A stretch of 60,134 nucleotides of DNA, the filler included. It is 4 parts of 4 records of this genome, joined end to end, with 100 filler letters (N's around TTAATTAATTAA, not from the genome) between each part and the next. Parts side by side here need not be neighbours in the genome. Positions count along the whole stretch, not along the records: positions 21,563 to 46,728 come from DRR378314_835; 3 more parts are not named here. The stretch is one strand, 5' to 3'. Each line of letters starts with the position of its first letter. Positions within the stretch are counted from its first letter, which is position 1. This document shows positions 29,250 to 39,643 of this stretch, piece by piece. The notes under the pieces were generated by a model. It did no database searches and was not told the DNA's origin. It was given only the letters and a program-made list of their open reading frames with translations. Made by a program: the position numbers and the translations under genes.

Positions 29250-30614
29250 ATGAGCAAAGACACCATCGTTAATGAAATGCGCGCAAACCTTGCCCGTGAG
29301 CGGGAGGGCCTGGCCCTGGTGCGCAACACCGCCCGCGGCGCTTTCCGTGTGTTCGAAACGGTGGGCGTGGTCGGCCGCCAGGGCCTGGGCTGGCTGCTGG
29401 GCGACCGCGAGGCCCTGCCCAGGCACCTGCGCCGCACCTTTGAGTCCCTGGGTGCCACCTACATCAAGCTGGGCCAGTTCATCGCCAGTTCGCCGTCGCT
29501 GTTCCCGGAGGAGTACGTCAGCGAATTCCAGAAGTGCCTGGACCGCACGCCGCCGCTGCCGTTCCATTATATCCGCGAGACCGTGGAAGCGGAGCTCGGC
29601 GCTCCCCTGGACACTCTGTACGAATGGGTCGATCCCAAACCGCTGGCCAGCGCCTCCATCGCCCAGGTGCACGCGGCCCGCCTGAAGAACGGCGCCGACG
29701 TGGTGATCAAGGTCCAGCGCCCCGGCGTGCGTCAGGTGCTGCTCACCGATTTCAACTTTCTCTACGCGTCGGCGCGCCTGGTCGAGTCGCTGGCGCCGGG
29801 GCTGTCCCGCTCGGCGCTCTCCGGCGTGATCGAGGAGCTGCAGGCGGGCATGCTCGAAGAGTGCGATTTCCTGCAGGAGGCCCGCAATCTGGACGCGTTC
29901 AACCGCTTCCTCGCCGAAACCGGCAATGTGGCCGCGGTGGCGCCGCGCCCGGTGGCCTCGCACACCACCAAGCGGGTGCTCACCATGGAGCGCTTCCACG
30001 GCGTACCGCTCACCGATCTGCAGGTGCTGCGGCGCTACACGGACGACCCGGCCGGCACCCTGATCACCGCGCTGAACACCTGGTTCTCCAGCCTTATGGT
30101 GTGCGACTTCTTCCACGCCGACGTGCATGCCGGCAATCTGATGCTGCTGGAAGACGGCCGGGTGGGGTTCATCGACTTCGGCATGGTGGGGCGTATCCGC
30201 CCGGAAGCCTGGCAGGGCATGATGGCGTTCTTCGAAGCGATCGGCAGCGGCGACGTGCCCGCCATGGCGCGCGCCATGGCGATGGTGGGCATGACCAGCG
30301 AAGAGGTGGACGTGGACGCCCTGGCGCGGGACATTTCCGCGCTGCAGGACCGGCTCACGGACGTGGACGCCAGCGCCCTGGTGCAGGCCGACCGCAACGA
30401 CCGCGAGGTCAATCAGCTGCTCACCGATCTGGTGCGCATCGGCGAGGGGCACGGTATCCGCTTCCCCCGCGAGTTCGCGCTGCTGCTCAAACAGTTCCTC
30501 TATTTCGACCGCTACGTGCAGGCGCTGGCGCCGGAGCTGGATATGTTCAGCGACCAGCGCGTGGACCTGTTCGGCACCCTGGACCAGCTGCCCGGGGACG
30601 AGCCGCTCCACTGA
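29250..30614 (+). CDS. ABC1/AarF/UbiB-family atypical kinase
   Basis: GATYIKLGQ (KxGQ), ASASIAQVH, VIKVQRPG, FFHADVHAGN and IDFGMVG motifs. Confidence 0.92.
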   Translation: MSKDTIVNEMRANLAREREGLALVRNTARGAFRVFETVGVVGRQGLGWLLGDREALPRHLRRTFESLGATYIKLGQFIASSPSLFPEEYVSEFQKCLDRTPPLPFHYIRETVEAELGAPLDTLYEWVDPKPLASASIAQVHAARLKNGADVVIKVQRPGVRQVLLTDFNFLYASARLVESLAPGLSRSALSGVIEELQAGMLEECDFLQEARNLDAFNRFLAETGNVAAVAPRPVASHTTKRVLTMERFHGVPLTDLQVLRRYTDDPAGTLITALNTWFSSLMVCDFFHADVHAGNLMLLEDGRVGFIDFGMVGRIRPEAWQGMMAFFEAIGSGDVPAMARAMAMVGMTSEEVDVDALARDISALQDRLTDVDASALVQADRNDREVNQLLTDLVRIGEGHGIRFPREFALLLKQFLYFDRYVQALAPELDMFSDQRVDLFGTLDQLPGDEPLH

Positions 30615-30627
30615 GCGGCTCGGGCGC

Positions 30628-31743
30628 CTATTCCTGCGGGTCGGCGCACTCGGCCCGCGACGAATCCAGCTTGCAACGGATGCGGCGCTGCAGGGTCAGC
30701 ATGTCGGCGCTGTAGTAGCCGCGCTCGCGCAGTTGCAGGCGCACGTCCCGCATCATCACCTCGTACTCGCGCTTGTCGTCGTCCGGAATCTCGATCCACC
30801 AGCGGTCGGGGATGTTCTTGGTCTCTTCGTGCACCCGGTCAATGATCTGCTGATAGCTCTCGAAGAACACTTCGCGCACCAGCTGCGCGGCTTCGTTGGG
30901 GATGCGGTCGCGGCGGGCCACCAGCTGCATGCTGATCTGCGCGATCGGGTAGTTGACGATGCCGCCGTCCGGGGTCATGCCCTTGTACAGCTCGACGATC
31001 TCATAGGCCGCCAGCGGCGCCGCGAGCACGTCCACCACGCCGTTGTTGAACATGTTGGGCGCGTTGACGATGTCCGTGGGCACCGGCGAGGCGCCCACCT
31101 GGCCGACCATCTCCGCCTGCACCGGGTCGTAGTCCAGCACCGCCACGTTTTTGCCCGCCGCCGCCGCCAGGCTGTTGATCTTCTTGTCGTTGACGAACAG
31201 GTAGGCGCCGCCGCCGGGGGCGATACCGGCCACCACGTAATCCCCCTGCACCATGTGCTCCGCCGAGGCGGGGTCGGCGAGCACCTGCAGCAGAATACGC
31301 ATGTGCTGCTGGGTGGGCAGCCCGCCGATGGAGTCGATGGTGCCGGTGTAGGTGTTGAACAGCCTGGCGCGCAGGCCGCTCATCAGCGCCGCGTCACAGA
31401 GGCCGGCCTTGAATTCGTCCACCATCACCCGCTCGTCGGTATAGGGCACCAGGTCCAGCTGGATGCCGTACTCAAGCAGCTTGGCGCGCTGGTCCTGGGC
31501 CGCCGAGAAGATCGGCCCGTTGCGGCCGACAATGTCCCAGATGCAGATCTTGCGGGTGTCATTGCCGGCTTTGCCCAGGCCGGTCAGTTCGCGCATGGCG
31601 TCGACGCGCTCGGTCATGGGCAGCGCGTCGTTGTAGACGGTGTCCCGCAGGGCGTCGTCGGACGCGGACGCCGGCGCCACGGCGAAGGCCAGGGTGGCGC
31701 CCACGCCGAGCAGGGTGTTACGCAATAGACGGGTTATCTGCAC
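30628..31743 (-). CDS. Periplasmic DctP-like solute-binding protein (DUF6091-like), copy 2
   Basis: Signal peptide; CIWDIVGRNG, KAGLCD, RARLFNTYTG, LYKGMTPDGG and RCKLDSSRAEC; GTG start with AGGAGG. Confidence 0.78.
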   Translation of the reverse strand: MQITRLLRNTLLGVGATLAFAVAPASASDDALRDTVYNDALPMTERVDAMRELTGLGKAGNDTRKICIWDIVGRNGPIFSAAQDQRAKLLEYGIQLDLVPYTDERVMVDEFKAGLCDAALMSGLRARLFNTYTGTIDSIGGLPTQQHMRILLQVLADPASAEHMVQGDYVVAGIAPGGGAYLFVNDKKINSLAAAAGKNVAVLDYDPVQAEMVGQVGASPVPTDIVNAPNMFNNGVVDVLAAPLAAYEIVELYKGMTPDGGIVNYPIAQISMQLVARRDRIPNEAAQLVREVFFESYQQIIDRVHEETKNIPDRWWIEIPDDDKREYEVMMRDVRLQLRERGYYSADMLTLQRRIRCKLDSSRAECADPQE

Positions 31744-31761
31744 ACGACCTCCTGGTGCGGT

Positions 31762-32937
31762 TTACTTGTTATTCGAGCATTCGCCACGGGACGGATCGAA
31801 CTTGCAGCGAATCCGGCTTTGCAGGTCCAACATGCGACCGTCGTAGTAATCCTGTTCGCGCAGGGTGTCGCGCGCTTCCTGCATCATCGCTTCGTATTCG
31901 CGCTTTTCGTCGGCGGGGATCTCGATCCACCAGCGGTCCGGCACCCGGTCTTCCTCGGTTTTTACCCGTGCCCGCACCTCGTCGTAGGCCTCGAAGGAGG
32001 CTTCACGGATCAGCTGCGCCACTTCATTCGGGAATTTGTCCAGCCGGCCCACCAGCTGCATGCTGATCTGGGCGATCGGATAGTTGACGATGCCGCCGTC
32101 GGGCTCCATGCCTTTATAGAGTTCCAGCAATTCATAGGCGATCAGCGGCGCGGCGAGGATGTCGACCACGCCGTTATTGAATTTATTGGGGGCGCTGACG
32201 ATGTCCGAGGGCACCGGCGTGGCGCCGATGCCGGCCACCATTTCCGACTGGGTCTTGTCGTAATCCAGCACCGCCACTTTTTTACCGGCCGCCTTGGCCA
32301 GCGAACTGATGCGCTTGTCATTGACGAACACATGGGCGGCGCCTCCGGAGAAGATGCCCATGATCACGTACTCACCCTGGACCATGCGCCCGGCCTGGCT
32401 GGGGTGCGCCAGCACCTGCAGCAGGGTGCGCATGTGCAGGTTGTCCGGGATCGCACCGATGGCGTCGATGGTGCCGGTATAGCTGTTGAACAGGCGCGCG
32501 CGCATGCCGCTCATCAGGCCGGCGTCACAGCGCCCGGCCTTGAGCTCCTCGACCAGAATGGTTTCGTTGGTGAACGGGATCATTTCCAGGTCGATGCCGT
32601 ATTCCAGCGCCATGGCGCGCTGCTCCATGGCCGCCTGGAACACCGGCCCGTTGCGTCCGGCGATATCCCAGATGCATATCTTGCGGTTCAGGGCGGTGCC
32701 CGGCGGCATCTGGTCGATGCCCACCAGCTTGGCGATGGCGCCCAGCCGCACGCGCACCGGCATGTCGCGGGAATAAAAAATATCCGCCAGGGCGCGGACC
32801 AGTTCCTGGTCAACGTCCACCCCGGGGAGCAGTTGTTCCATTTTTTGCTGCTGCTCCTGCGACAGGCGCAGCTCTTCCGCGCCGATACACAGTGATGACA
32901 GCGTCAGGATCAATGAAGCGAGGACGAAACGAAACAT
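31762..32937 (-). CDS. Periplasmic DctP-like solute-binding protein (DUF6091-like), copy 3
   Basis: Signal peptide; CIWDIAGRNG, KAGRCD, RARLFNSYTG, LYKGMEPDGG and RCKFDPSRGEC. Confidence 0.78.
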   Translation of the reverse strand: MFRFVLASLILTLSSLCIGAEELRLSQEQQQKMEQLLPGVDVDQELVRALADIFYSRDMPVRVRLGAIAKLVGIDQMPPGTALNRKICIWDIAGRNGPVFQAAMEQRAMALEYGIDLEMIPFTNETILVEELKAGRCDAGLMSGMRARLFNSYTGTIDAIGAIPDNLHMRTLLQVLAHPSQAGRMVQGEYVIMGIFSGGAAHVFVNDKRISSLAKAAGKKVAVLDYDKTQSEMVAGIGATPVPSDIVSAPNKFNNGVVDILAAPLIAYELLELYKGMEPDGGIVNYPIAQISMQLVGRLDKFPNEVAQLIREASFEAYDEVRARVKTEEDRVPDRWWIEIPADEKREYEAMMQEARDTLREQDYYDGRMLDLQSRIRCKFDPSRGECSNNK

Positions 32938-33079
32938 GGCAATCCCTGATTATTATTCGAGAGGGTCGCCGGCAGTAATAGCATGGGGATGACCACGACC
33001 GGATGCTCGTCAGACATACCGGAATGTCGCTGAGGTCAAGATCGAGTGAAACGGAGAGCGGCCTCGGCCGCTCCCGGTA

Positions 33080-33853
33080 TCAGCGGGGCTGGGCGTCCAG
33101 GGACTGCCCGTTGATCGCGGCCCCTTCAGGGCCCAGCAGATACAAATAACTGGCCACAATCTGTTCCGGGCTTTTCAATTTTTCCGCGTCTTCGCCGGGA
33201 TACGCAAGGGCGCGCATATCCGTGCGGGTGGCGCCCGGGTTGATGGTGTTCACGCGAATTTTGGAGGTGTTCTCCAATTCTTCCGCCAGCGTCTGCGACA
33301 GATTTTCGGTGGCCGCCTTGGACGCCGCGTAGGCGCCCCAGAATGCCCGGCCTTTACGGCCCACGCTGGAGGAGGTGAACAGGATGCGGCCGTCGTCGCT
33401 GTCGCGCAGCAGTGGCAGCAGCGCCTGGGTCAGATAGAAGGCGCTGTTGACGTTGACACGCATGACCGAATCCCAGGTGTCCGCGCCGTAACGCTCCAGC
33501 GGCGTGATGTCCCCCAGCACCGAGGCGTTGTGCAGCACCCCGTCCAGGCGCCCGAATTCTCGGCCGAACAGGGTCGCCAGCTCCTGGTAGTCCTCGGGCC
33601 GCGCCACCTCCATGTTGACCGGTGCCAGCGCCGGCTCCGGCCCGCCGGCGGCCTTGATCTTGTCGTACACCGCTTCCAGCTTGCTCTGGGTGCGGCCCAG
33701 TAGAATCACGGTGGCGCCGTGGGCGGCCAGGGCCAGGGCCACCGCCCGGCCGATACCGGCGCCGGCGCCGGTAACCAGAATAATACGATCCTTAAAGGCG
33801 TCCGGCGGGCACTGGTAATTGGCCGCCAGGCCGTTGAGTTCCTTGATGTCCAT
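33080..33853 (-). CDS. yciK: YciK-family short-chain dehydrogenase
   Basis: TGAGAGIG, YAASK, GRAFWGAY and INPGATRTDMRALAYPGE motifs; conserved position after mupP. Confidence 0.88.
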   Translation of the reverse strand: MDIKELNGLAANYQCPPDAFKDRIILVTGAGAGIGRAVALALAAHGATVILLGRTQSKLEAVYDKIKAAGGPEPALAPVNMEVARPEDYQELATLFGREFGRLDGVLHNASVLGDITPLERYGADTWDSVMRVNVNSAFYLTQALLPLLRDSDDGRILFTSSSVGRKGRAFWGAYAASKAATENLSQTLAEELENTSKIRVNTINPGATRTDMRALAYPGEDAEKLKSPEQIVASYLYLLGPEGAAINGQSLDAQPR

Positions 33854-33872
33854 TTCGACTGTACCTACTTCT

Positions 33873-34529
33873 TCACAGTGTTTTCAGCAGCGGCAGCAGT
33901 TGCTCGCCGCGTTCCACAAAATAGTCGGCCGGCCAGGCGCGCGGGTTGTCGTCCGCGTCGATGTAGCCGAATCCGGCGGTGACGGTGATCATTTTCGCAT
34001 TGAGTCCGGCCTGGATGTCACGCAAATGATCGCCCACATAGACGCAGTGGGTGGGGTTGGCCCCCACGGCGCCGGCCGCCATCAGCAGGCCTTCCGGGTC
34101 CGGTTTGCGCTCGCGCACCTGGTCCGGGCAGATCACCGAGGCGCAGCGGTCGAGCAGGCCCAGGCCGGCGAGCACCGGGCGGGTGAAGCGCTCCGGCTTG
34201 TTGGTGATCACCCCCCAGGGCAGGCCCTGGTCTTCCAGCCAGCTCAGGGTCTCGGCCATGCCGTCGAACAGGCAGGTGTCCACCGCCAGGCGGCCGCCGT
34301 AGGCGTCGAGCAGCTCATTGAGCCGCTCGTCGAAGCCGGCGTCCCCGGGCGCCAGGCCGAAGCCCAGCTCGGTGAGCGCCCGGCCGCCGTTGGAGACCGT
34401 GGCGCGCACCGCCTGGTAGCTGACCTCCGGCCGGCCGTGGTCGCGCAGCAGCTGATTGAGCACCACGTAAAAATCCGGCGCCGTGTCCACCAGGGTGCCG
34501 TCCAGATCAAAGAAGACCGCCTCAAGCAT
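33873..34529 (-). CDS. mupP: HAD phosphatase, Gph/MupP type (N-acetylmuramate-6-phosphate phosphatase)
   Basis: [14 protein letters not shown] and YVGDHLRDI motifs; ubiG-mupP-yciK order as in Pseudomonas. Confidence 0.75.
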   Translation of the reverse strand: MLEAVFFDLDGTLVDTAPDFYVVLNQLLRDHGRPEVSYQAVRATVSNGGRALTELGFGLAPGDAGFDERLNELLDAYGGRLAVDTCLFDGMAETLSWLEDQGLPWGVITNKPERFTRPVLAGLGLLDRCASVICPDQVRERKPDPEGLLMAAGAVGANPTHCVYVGDHLRDIQAGLNAKMITVTAGFGYIDADDNPRAWPADYFVERGEQLLPLLKTL

Positions 34530-35226
34530 GGCGCACCGCGTGCATCAGATAGTTCACCGACACATCGCGGTTGAGCTTGTACACCTGGGTCACCGGGTTG
34601 TAGGTCATGCCGGTGGTGTCGCGCACATCGAGCCCGGCGTCGCGGCTCCAGCCGGCCAGCTCCGAGGGGCGGATCAGCTTGGCGTACTCATGGGTGCCGC
34701 GCGGCAGCAGCCTCAGCACGTATTCGGCGCCGACAATGGCGAACAGAAACGCCTTGGGGTTGCGGTTGATGGTGCTGAAGAACACCTGGCCGCCGGGCTT
34801 CACCAGTTTGGCGCAGGCGCGGATCACCGACGCCGGGTCGGGCACGTGCTCGAGCATTTCCAGGCAGGTCACGGCGTCGTACTCGCCGGCGCGCTGCTCG
34901 GCGATCTCTTCGGCCAGCACCTGCAGGTATTCCACCTCCACGCCGCTCTTCTCGGCGTGCAGGCGCGCCACCGCCAGGGGCGCCTCGCCCAGGTCGATGC
35001 CGGTGACCGTGGCGCCGCGCCGGGCCATGCCCTCGGAGAGCAGGCCGCCGCCGCAGCCGATGTCGATCACTTTCTTGCCGGGCAGGCCGAGGCGCTCGTC
35101 GATGTAATTGAGCCGCAGCGGGTTGATGTCATGCAGCGGGCGGAATTCCGAGTTCGGGTCCCACCAGCGTTCCGCCAGGGCGTTGAATTTGGCGATTTCG
35201 CCGCTGTCCACGTTGGGTTGGTTCAT
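34522..35226 (-). CDS. ubiG: Ubiquinone biosynthesis O-methyltransferase
   Basis: [30 protein letters not shown] and [11 protein letters not shown] motifs. Confidence 0.96.
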   Translation of the reverse strand: MNQPNVDSGEIAKFNALAERWWDPNSEFRPLHDINPLRLNYIDERLGLPGKKVIDIGCGGGLLSEGMARRGATVTGIDLGEAPLAVARLHAEKSGVEVEYLQVLAEEIAEQRAGEYDAVTCLEMLEHVPDPASVIRACAKLVKPGGQVFFSTINRNPKAFLFAIVGAEYVLRLLPRGTHEYAKLIRPSELAGWSRDAGLDVRDTTGMTYNPVTQVYKLNRDVSVNYLMHAVRHA

Positions 35227-35236
35227 CGGGTGTCCC

Positions 35237-36604
35237 TCATCGACTCTCGTTGTTGGCGCGGTCATTGTTGGGTGCGATGTTGCGCTGCCACTCGGCCGCG
35301 TTCTTGGCGATCAGCGCCGCGTTCAGCGTGGTCAGCCGGCGGTCCGCCATCAAGCAGCGCCCGGCGACCCAGCTGTGGGTGACCTGGTCCCGGGTGGCCG
35401 CGTACACCAGTTGCGCCACCGGGTCATAGACCGGTTGGGTCTCCAGGGCACCCAGGTCGACGGCGATCATATCCGCCTGCTTGCCGATTTCCAGTGAACC
35501 CGTGCGGCTTTCCAGGCCCAGCGCCCGGGCGCCGTTGAGGGTCGCCATGCGCAGGGCGGTGGCCGCCGGCACCGCGTCGGCGCGCAGGCTCACGCCCTTG
35601 GCGAGCAGGGCGGCGGTGCGGGTCTCGCCGATCATGTCCAGATCGTTGTTGCTGGCCGAGCCGTCGGTGCCCAGCGCCACGTTGATGCCGGCGTCGAGCA
35701 GTTTCTGCACCGGGCAGAAGCCGCTCGCCAGCTTGAGGTTGGACTCGGGGCAGTGCACTACCTGGCTGCCGGTCTCCGCCAGCCACTGGATTTCCTCGTC
35801 GAGCAGCTGGGTCATGTGCACCGCCAGCAGGCGCGGGTTGAGCAGGCCCAGTTGCTTGAGCCGGGTCAGCGGTCGCTCGCCGCTGGTCTCCACCGCCTGG
35901 TGGATCTCGCCGGCGGTTTCATGCACGTGCATCATCACCGGCGCGTCCAGTTCCTCGGCCAGGGTGAGCACCTTCTCCAGGGGGGCGTCGGAGACGGTAT
36001 AAGGCGCGTGCGGGCCGAAGCCGATGGTCACCCGGGGTTCATGGCGCCAGTTATCGGCGGCCTCCGTGGCCAGGCGAAGATAGTCGTCCGGGCCGGCTCC
36101 CATGGGGGTGGGGAAGTCCAGGATCGGCGAGAACAGCACCGCCCGCAGGCCCGCCTCCATGGCCACCCGGGCGGTGGTCTCCGGGAAGAAGTACATGTCG
36201 GCGAAGCAGGTGGTGCCGGAGCGGATCATCTCGGCGGCGGCCAGACGGGTGCCGTCGCGCACGAAGGCTTCGCTCATCCACTGCCCCTCGGCCGGCCAGA
36301 TGTGCTGCTCCAGCCAGGTCATCAGCGGCAGGTCGTCGGCCAGGCCGCGGAACAGGTTCATGGCGGCGTGGGTGTGGGCGTTCACCAGGCCGGGGATCAG
36401 CAGGTGGTTGCCCAGCTCCACCACCTCGTCGGCGCGCCATTTCTGGTCCGCCAGGGGCGTCGGCAGCAGGTCGACGATGGTGTCGCCGCGGACCACCAGG
36501 GCGTGATCGGCGAGGGCACCGGTTTCCGGGGCCACCGGCGCGATCCAGCCGGCTTTGATGATGAGGTCGGCGTGTTGGTGATCCGGGGACGGCTGATTCT
36601 GCAT
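35237..36604 (-). CDS. mtaD: TRZ/ATZ amidohydrolase, likely 5-methylthioadenosine/S-adenosylhomocysteine deaminase
   Basis: [29 protein letters not shown] and GTDGSASNN motifs; divergent from gyrA. Confidence 0.8.
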   Translation of the reverse strand: MQNQPSPDHQHADLIIKAGWIAPVAPETGALADHALVVRGDTIVDLLPTPLADQKWRADEVVELGNHLLIPGLVNAHTHAAMNLFRGLADDLPLMTWLEQHIWPAEGQWMSEAFVRDGTRLAAAEMIRSGTTCFADMYFFPETTARVAMEAGLRAVLFSPILDFPTPMGAGPDDYLRLATEAADNWRHEPRVTIGFGPHAPYTVSDAPLEKVLTLAEELDAPVMMHVHETAGEIHQAVETSGERPLTRLKQLGLLNPRLLAVHMTQLLDEEIQWLAETGSQVVHCPESNLKLASGFCPVQKLLDAGINVALGTDGSASNNDLDMIGETRTAALLAKGVSLRADAVPAATALRMATLNGARALGLESRTGSLEIGKQADMIAVDLGALETQPVYDPVAQLVYAATRDQVTHSWVAGRCLMADRRLTTLNAALIAKNAAEWQRNIAPNNDRANNESR

Positions 36605-36846
36605 CGCTGACGGCTCCTTCTCCGCGCGGAATGGGCGTGAGACCGGGCCCGGCCCGGTCGGTCCGGCGGCGAGTATAACCTGTCTGGCCAGCCTCGTCCG
36701 ATGCCGGCGCCGGGCTTGTGGTGACGGGGTTGATGGGAATTATTTAGAGGCGGCAAAGCTGTGCTATCATCGGTGGCTTTTAGGAGCTCCGCGACCGGGG
36801 CTTCCGCGGGTCGCTATCCACGCCACCGAGGGATATAAGGAACGCC

Positions 36847-39600
36847 ATGACGGACCTCGCCAAAGAAGTTACTCCCGTCAACATCGAGGACGAACTCAGA
36901 CAGTCGTACCTGGATTACGCCATGAGCGTGATCGTGGGCCGGGCTCTGCCGGATGTGCGCGACGGCCTCAAGCCGGTGCACCGCCGCGTGCTGTTCGCCA
37001 TGCACGAGCTCAGCAACGACTGGAATAAACCCTATAAAAAGTCCGCCCGTGTGGTGGGTGATGTAATTGGTAAATATCACCCCCACGGCGATTCCGCTGT
37101 GTACGACACCATTGTCCGCATGGCCCAGCCGTTCTCCCTGCGCTACATGCTGGTGGACGGGCAGGGCAACTTCGGTTCCATCGACGGCGACTCCGCCGCC
37201 GCCATGCGTTACACCGAAGTGCGCATGGCCAAGATCGCCCACGAGCTGCTGGCCGATCTGGACAAGGAAACCGTCGATTATGTGGACAACTACGACGGCA
37301 CCGAGCGCATTCCCGACGTCATGCCGACGCGGGTGCCCAACCTGTTGGTCAACGGCTCCTCCGGCATCGCCGTGGGCATGGCCACCAATATCCCGCCCCA
37401 CAACATGGGCGAGGTGATCGACGGCTGCCTGGCGCTGATCGACGACGACAGCCTGACGCCGGACGACCTGATGGAATACATCAAGGGTCCGGATTTCCCC
37501 ACCGCCGGCATCATCAACGGCCGTGCCGGGATCGTGCAGGCCTACCGCACCGGCCGGGGCCGTATTTATGTCCGTGCCCGCGCCGAGATCGAGCAGACCG
37601 ACAAGAGTGGCAAGGAAGCCATCATCATTCACGAGCTGCCCTATCAGGTGAACAAGGCACGGCTGATCGAGAAAATCGCCGAGCTGGTCAAGGAAAAGAA
37701 GATCGAGGGCATCACCGAGCTGCGCGACGAATCCGACAAGCAGGGCATGCGGGTCTATATCGAGCTGCGCCGGGGCGAGAACGCGGAAGTGGTGCTCAAC
37801 AACCTCTATCAGCAGACGCAGATGGAGACCGTGTTCGGCATCAACACCGTGGCGCTGGTGGACGGCCAGCCGCGCACCCTGAACCTGCGCGAGCTGCTGG
37901 ACGCCTTCCTGCGTCACCGCCGCGAGGTGGTGACCCGCCGCACCGTGTACGAACTGCGCAAGGCCCGCGAAAAGGCCCACCTGCTGGAAGGTCTGGCGGT
38001 GGCGCTGGCCAACATCGACCCGGTGATCGAATTGATCAAGGGCTCGCCGAGCGCCGCCGAGGCGAAGGAAAAACTGCTTGCCAAGGGCTGGGCGCCGGGC
38101 GACGTACTGGCCATGCTGGAGCGCGCCGGCGGCGAAGACGCCGCCCGCCCGGACGGTCTCGATGAGCACTACGGGCTGCGCGACAACTTCTACCACCTGA
38201 GCCCGGAGCAGGCCCAGGCGATTCTCGATCTGCGCCTGCAGAAACTGACCGGCCTGGAACGGGAAAAACTGATCACCGATTACCAGGTGCTGCTGGACCA
38301 GATCCGCGAAATGATGCTGATCCTGGCCGACCCGGACCGCCTGATGCAGGTGATCCGCGACGAACTGCACGCGATCCGTTCGGAGTACAGCGACGAGCGC
38401 CGCACGGAAATCCAGACCTCGCGGCTGGATCTGAGCATGGAAGACCTGATCGCCGAGGAAACCGTGGTGGTCACGCTCAGCCATTCCGGCTACGCCAAGA
38501 CCCAGCCGATCGACACCTACCGCGCGCAGAAGCGCGGCGGGCGCGGCAAGTCCGCCGGCCAGCTGAAGGACGAGGATTACGTCGAGCAGCTGCTGGTGGC
38601 CGGCACCCACGACACCCTTCTGTGCTTCACCAATGAAGGCAAGGTCTACTGGCTGCGCGTGTTCGAGCTGCCCCAGGGCGGCCGCGCCTCCCGTGGCAAG
38701 CCGATCGTCAACCTGATTCCGGCGCTCAAGCCCGAGGAGCGCATCACCGCCATTCTGCGTCTGGACGCCGAAATGGTCCGCCAGCGCGCCGGCGGCGATG
38801 ATGAGGACGAGACCGACGCCGACGCGACGGCCATCGACGGCGAAGCCGCCGAGGTGGTGGAAGACATGGAAGCCGATGGCGCCGACAGCGAGCCGCAGGC
38901 CGCCGAAGGGCCGTTCATCTTCATGGCGATCTCCAACGGCGTGGTCAAACGCACCGAGCTGGCCAAGTTCGCCAAGCCGCGCAGCAACGGCCTGATCGCC
39001 GTGCGTCTGCAGGAGGGCGAGCACCTGGTCAACGTGGCCATTACCCAGGGCGACGAAGACGTGGTGCTGGTGGCCGGCAACGGCAAAGTGGTCCGCTTCC
39101 AGGAATCCAAGGTCCGGGTGATGGGCCGCACCGCCCGCGGCGTGCGTGGCATGAAAGTGGCCGAGGGCGAGGAAGTGATCGCGCTGATGGTGCCGCAGGA
39201 AGGCGGGCAGATGCTGGCCGCGTCCGAGAACGGCTACGGCAAGCGTACCGACCTGAGCGAGTTCCCCACCAAGGGCCGGGGCACCCAGGGTGTGATCGGC
39301 ATGGTGGTCAACGAGCGTAACGGCCCGCTGGTGGGCGCCGCCCAGGTGTTCGGCAATGAGGACATCATGCTGATCTCCAACCAGGGCACCCTGGTGCGCA
39401 CCCGCGTGGACGAAGTCAGCCATCTGGGCCGCAACACCCAGGGTGTTCGCCTGATCCGCCTCGGCAACGGTGAAGCCTTGTCCGGTCTGGCGCCGATTCC
39501 GGAGCTGGACGTGGACGACGAAGAGCTGGAAGAGGGCACCGGCGAAGAAAACGGCGCTGACGGAGCCGACAACGCGCCGGCGGACGGCGACCAAGAGTAA
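36847..39600 (+). CDS. gyrA: DNA gyrase subunit A
   Basis: [12 protein letters not shown], catalytic AAMRYTE, GyrA box QKRGGRG and acidic tail. Confidence 0.98.
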   Translation: MTDLAKEVTPVNIEDELRQSYLDYAMSVIVGRALPDVRDGLKPVHRRVLFAMHELSNDWNKPYKKSARVVGDVIGKYHPHGDSAVYDTIVRMAQPFSLRYMLVDGQGNFGSIDGDSAAAMRYTEVRMAKIAHELLADLDKETVDYVDNYDGTERIPDVMPTRVPNLLVNGSSGIAVGMATNIPPHNMGEVIDGCLALIDDDSLTPDDLMEYIKGPDFPTAGIINGRAGIVQAYRTGRGRIYVRARAEIEQTDKSGKEAIIIHELPYQVNKARLIEKIAELVKEKKIEGITELRDESDKQGMRVYIELRRGENAEVVLNNLYQQTQMETVFGINTVALVDGQPRTLNLRELLDAFLRHRREVVTRRTVYELRKAREKAHLLEGLAVALANIDPVIELIKGSPSAAEAKEKLLAKGWAPGDVLAMLERAGGEDAARPDGLDEHYGLRDNFYHLSPEQAQAILDLRLQKLTGLEREKLITDYQVLLDQIREMMLILADPDRLMQVIRDELHAIRSEYSDERRTEIQTSRLDLSMEDLIAEETVVVTLSHSGYAKTQPIDTYRAQKRGGRGKSAGQLKDEDYVEQLLVAGTHDTLLCFTNEGKVYWLRVFELPQGGRASRGKPIVNLIPALKPEERITAILRLDAEMVRQRAGGDDEDETDADATAIDGEAAEVVEDMEADGADSEPQAAEGPFIFMAISNGVVKRTELAKFAKPRSNGLIAVRLQEGEHLVNVAITQGDEDVVLVAGNGKVVRFQESKVRVMGRTARGVRGMKVAEGEEVIALMVPQEGGQMLAASENGYGKRTDLSEFPTKGRGTQGVIGMVVNERNGPLVGAAQVFGNEDIMLISNQGTLVRTRVDEVSHLGRNTQGVRLIRLGNGEALSGLAPIPELDVDDEELEEGTGEENGADGADNAPADGDQE

Positions 39601-39643
39601 CGACAAGGGCGGCGCCAGCCGCCTGTAACCCGGAGATCAACCA

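Noticed and set aside
29250-35226. ABC1 kinase plus ubiG as a ubiquinone operon
   Set aside because: They are on opposite strands and separated by four genes; ubiG is in its usual mtaD-ubiG-mupP-yciK context.
38760-38915. Possible intein in gyrA
   Set aside because: The insert is short and acidic and lacks the N-terminal Cys/Ser and C-terminal His-Asn splicing motifs.
36814-39606. 930-aa ORF antisense to gyrA, and similar ORFs at 42875-45211, 29226-30611, 21856-23043 and 31-777
   Set aside because: Shadow frames of well-supported genes, expected from high-GC codon bias; no recognisable motifs.
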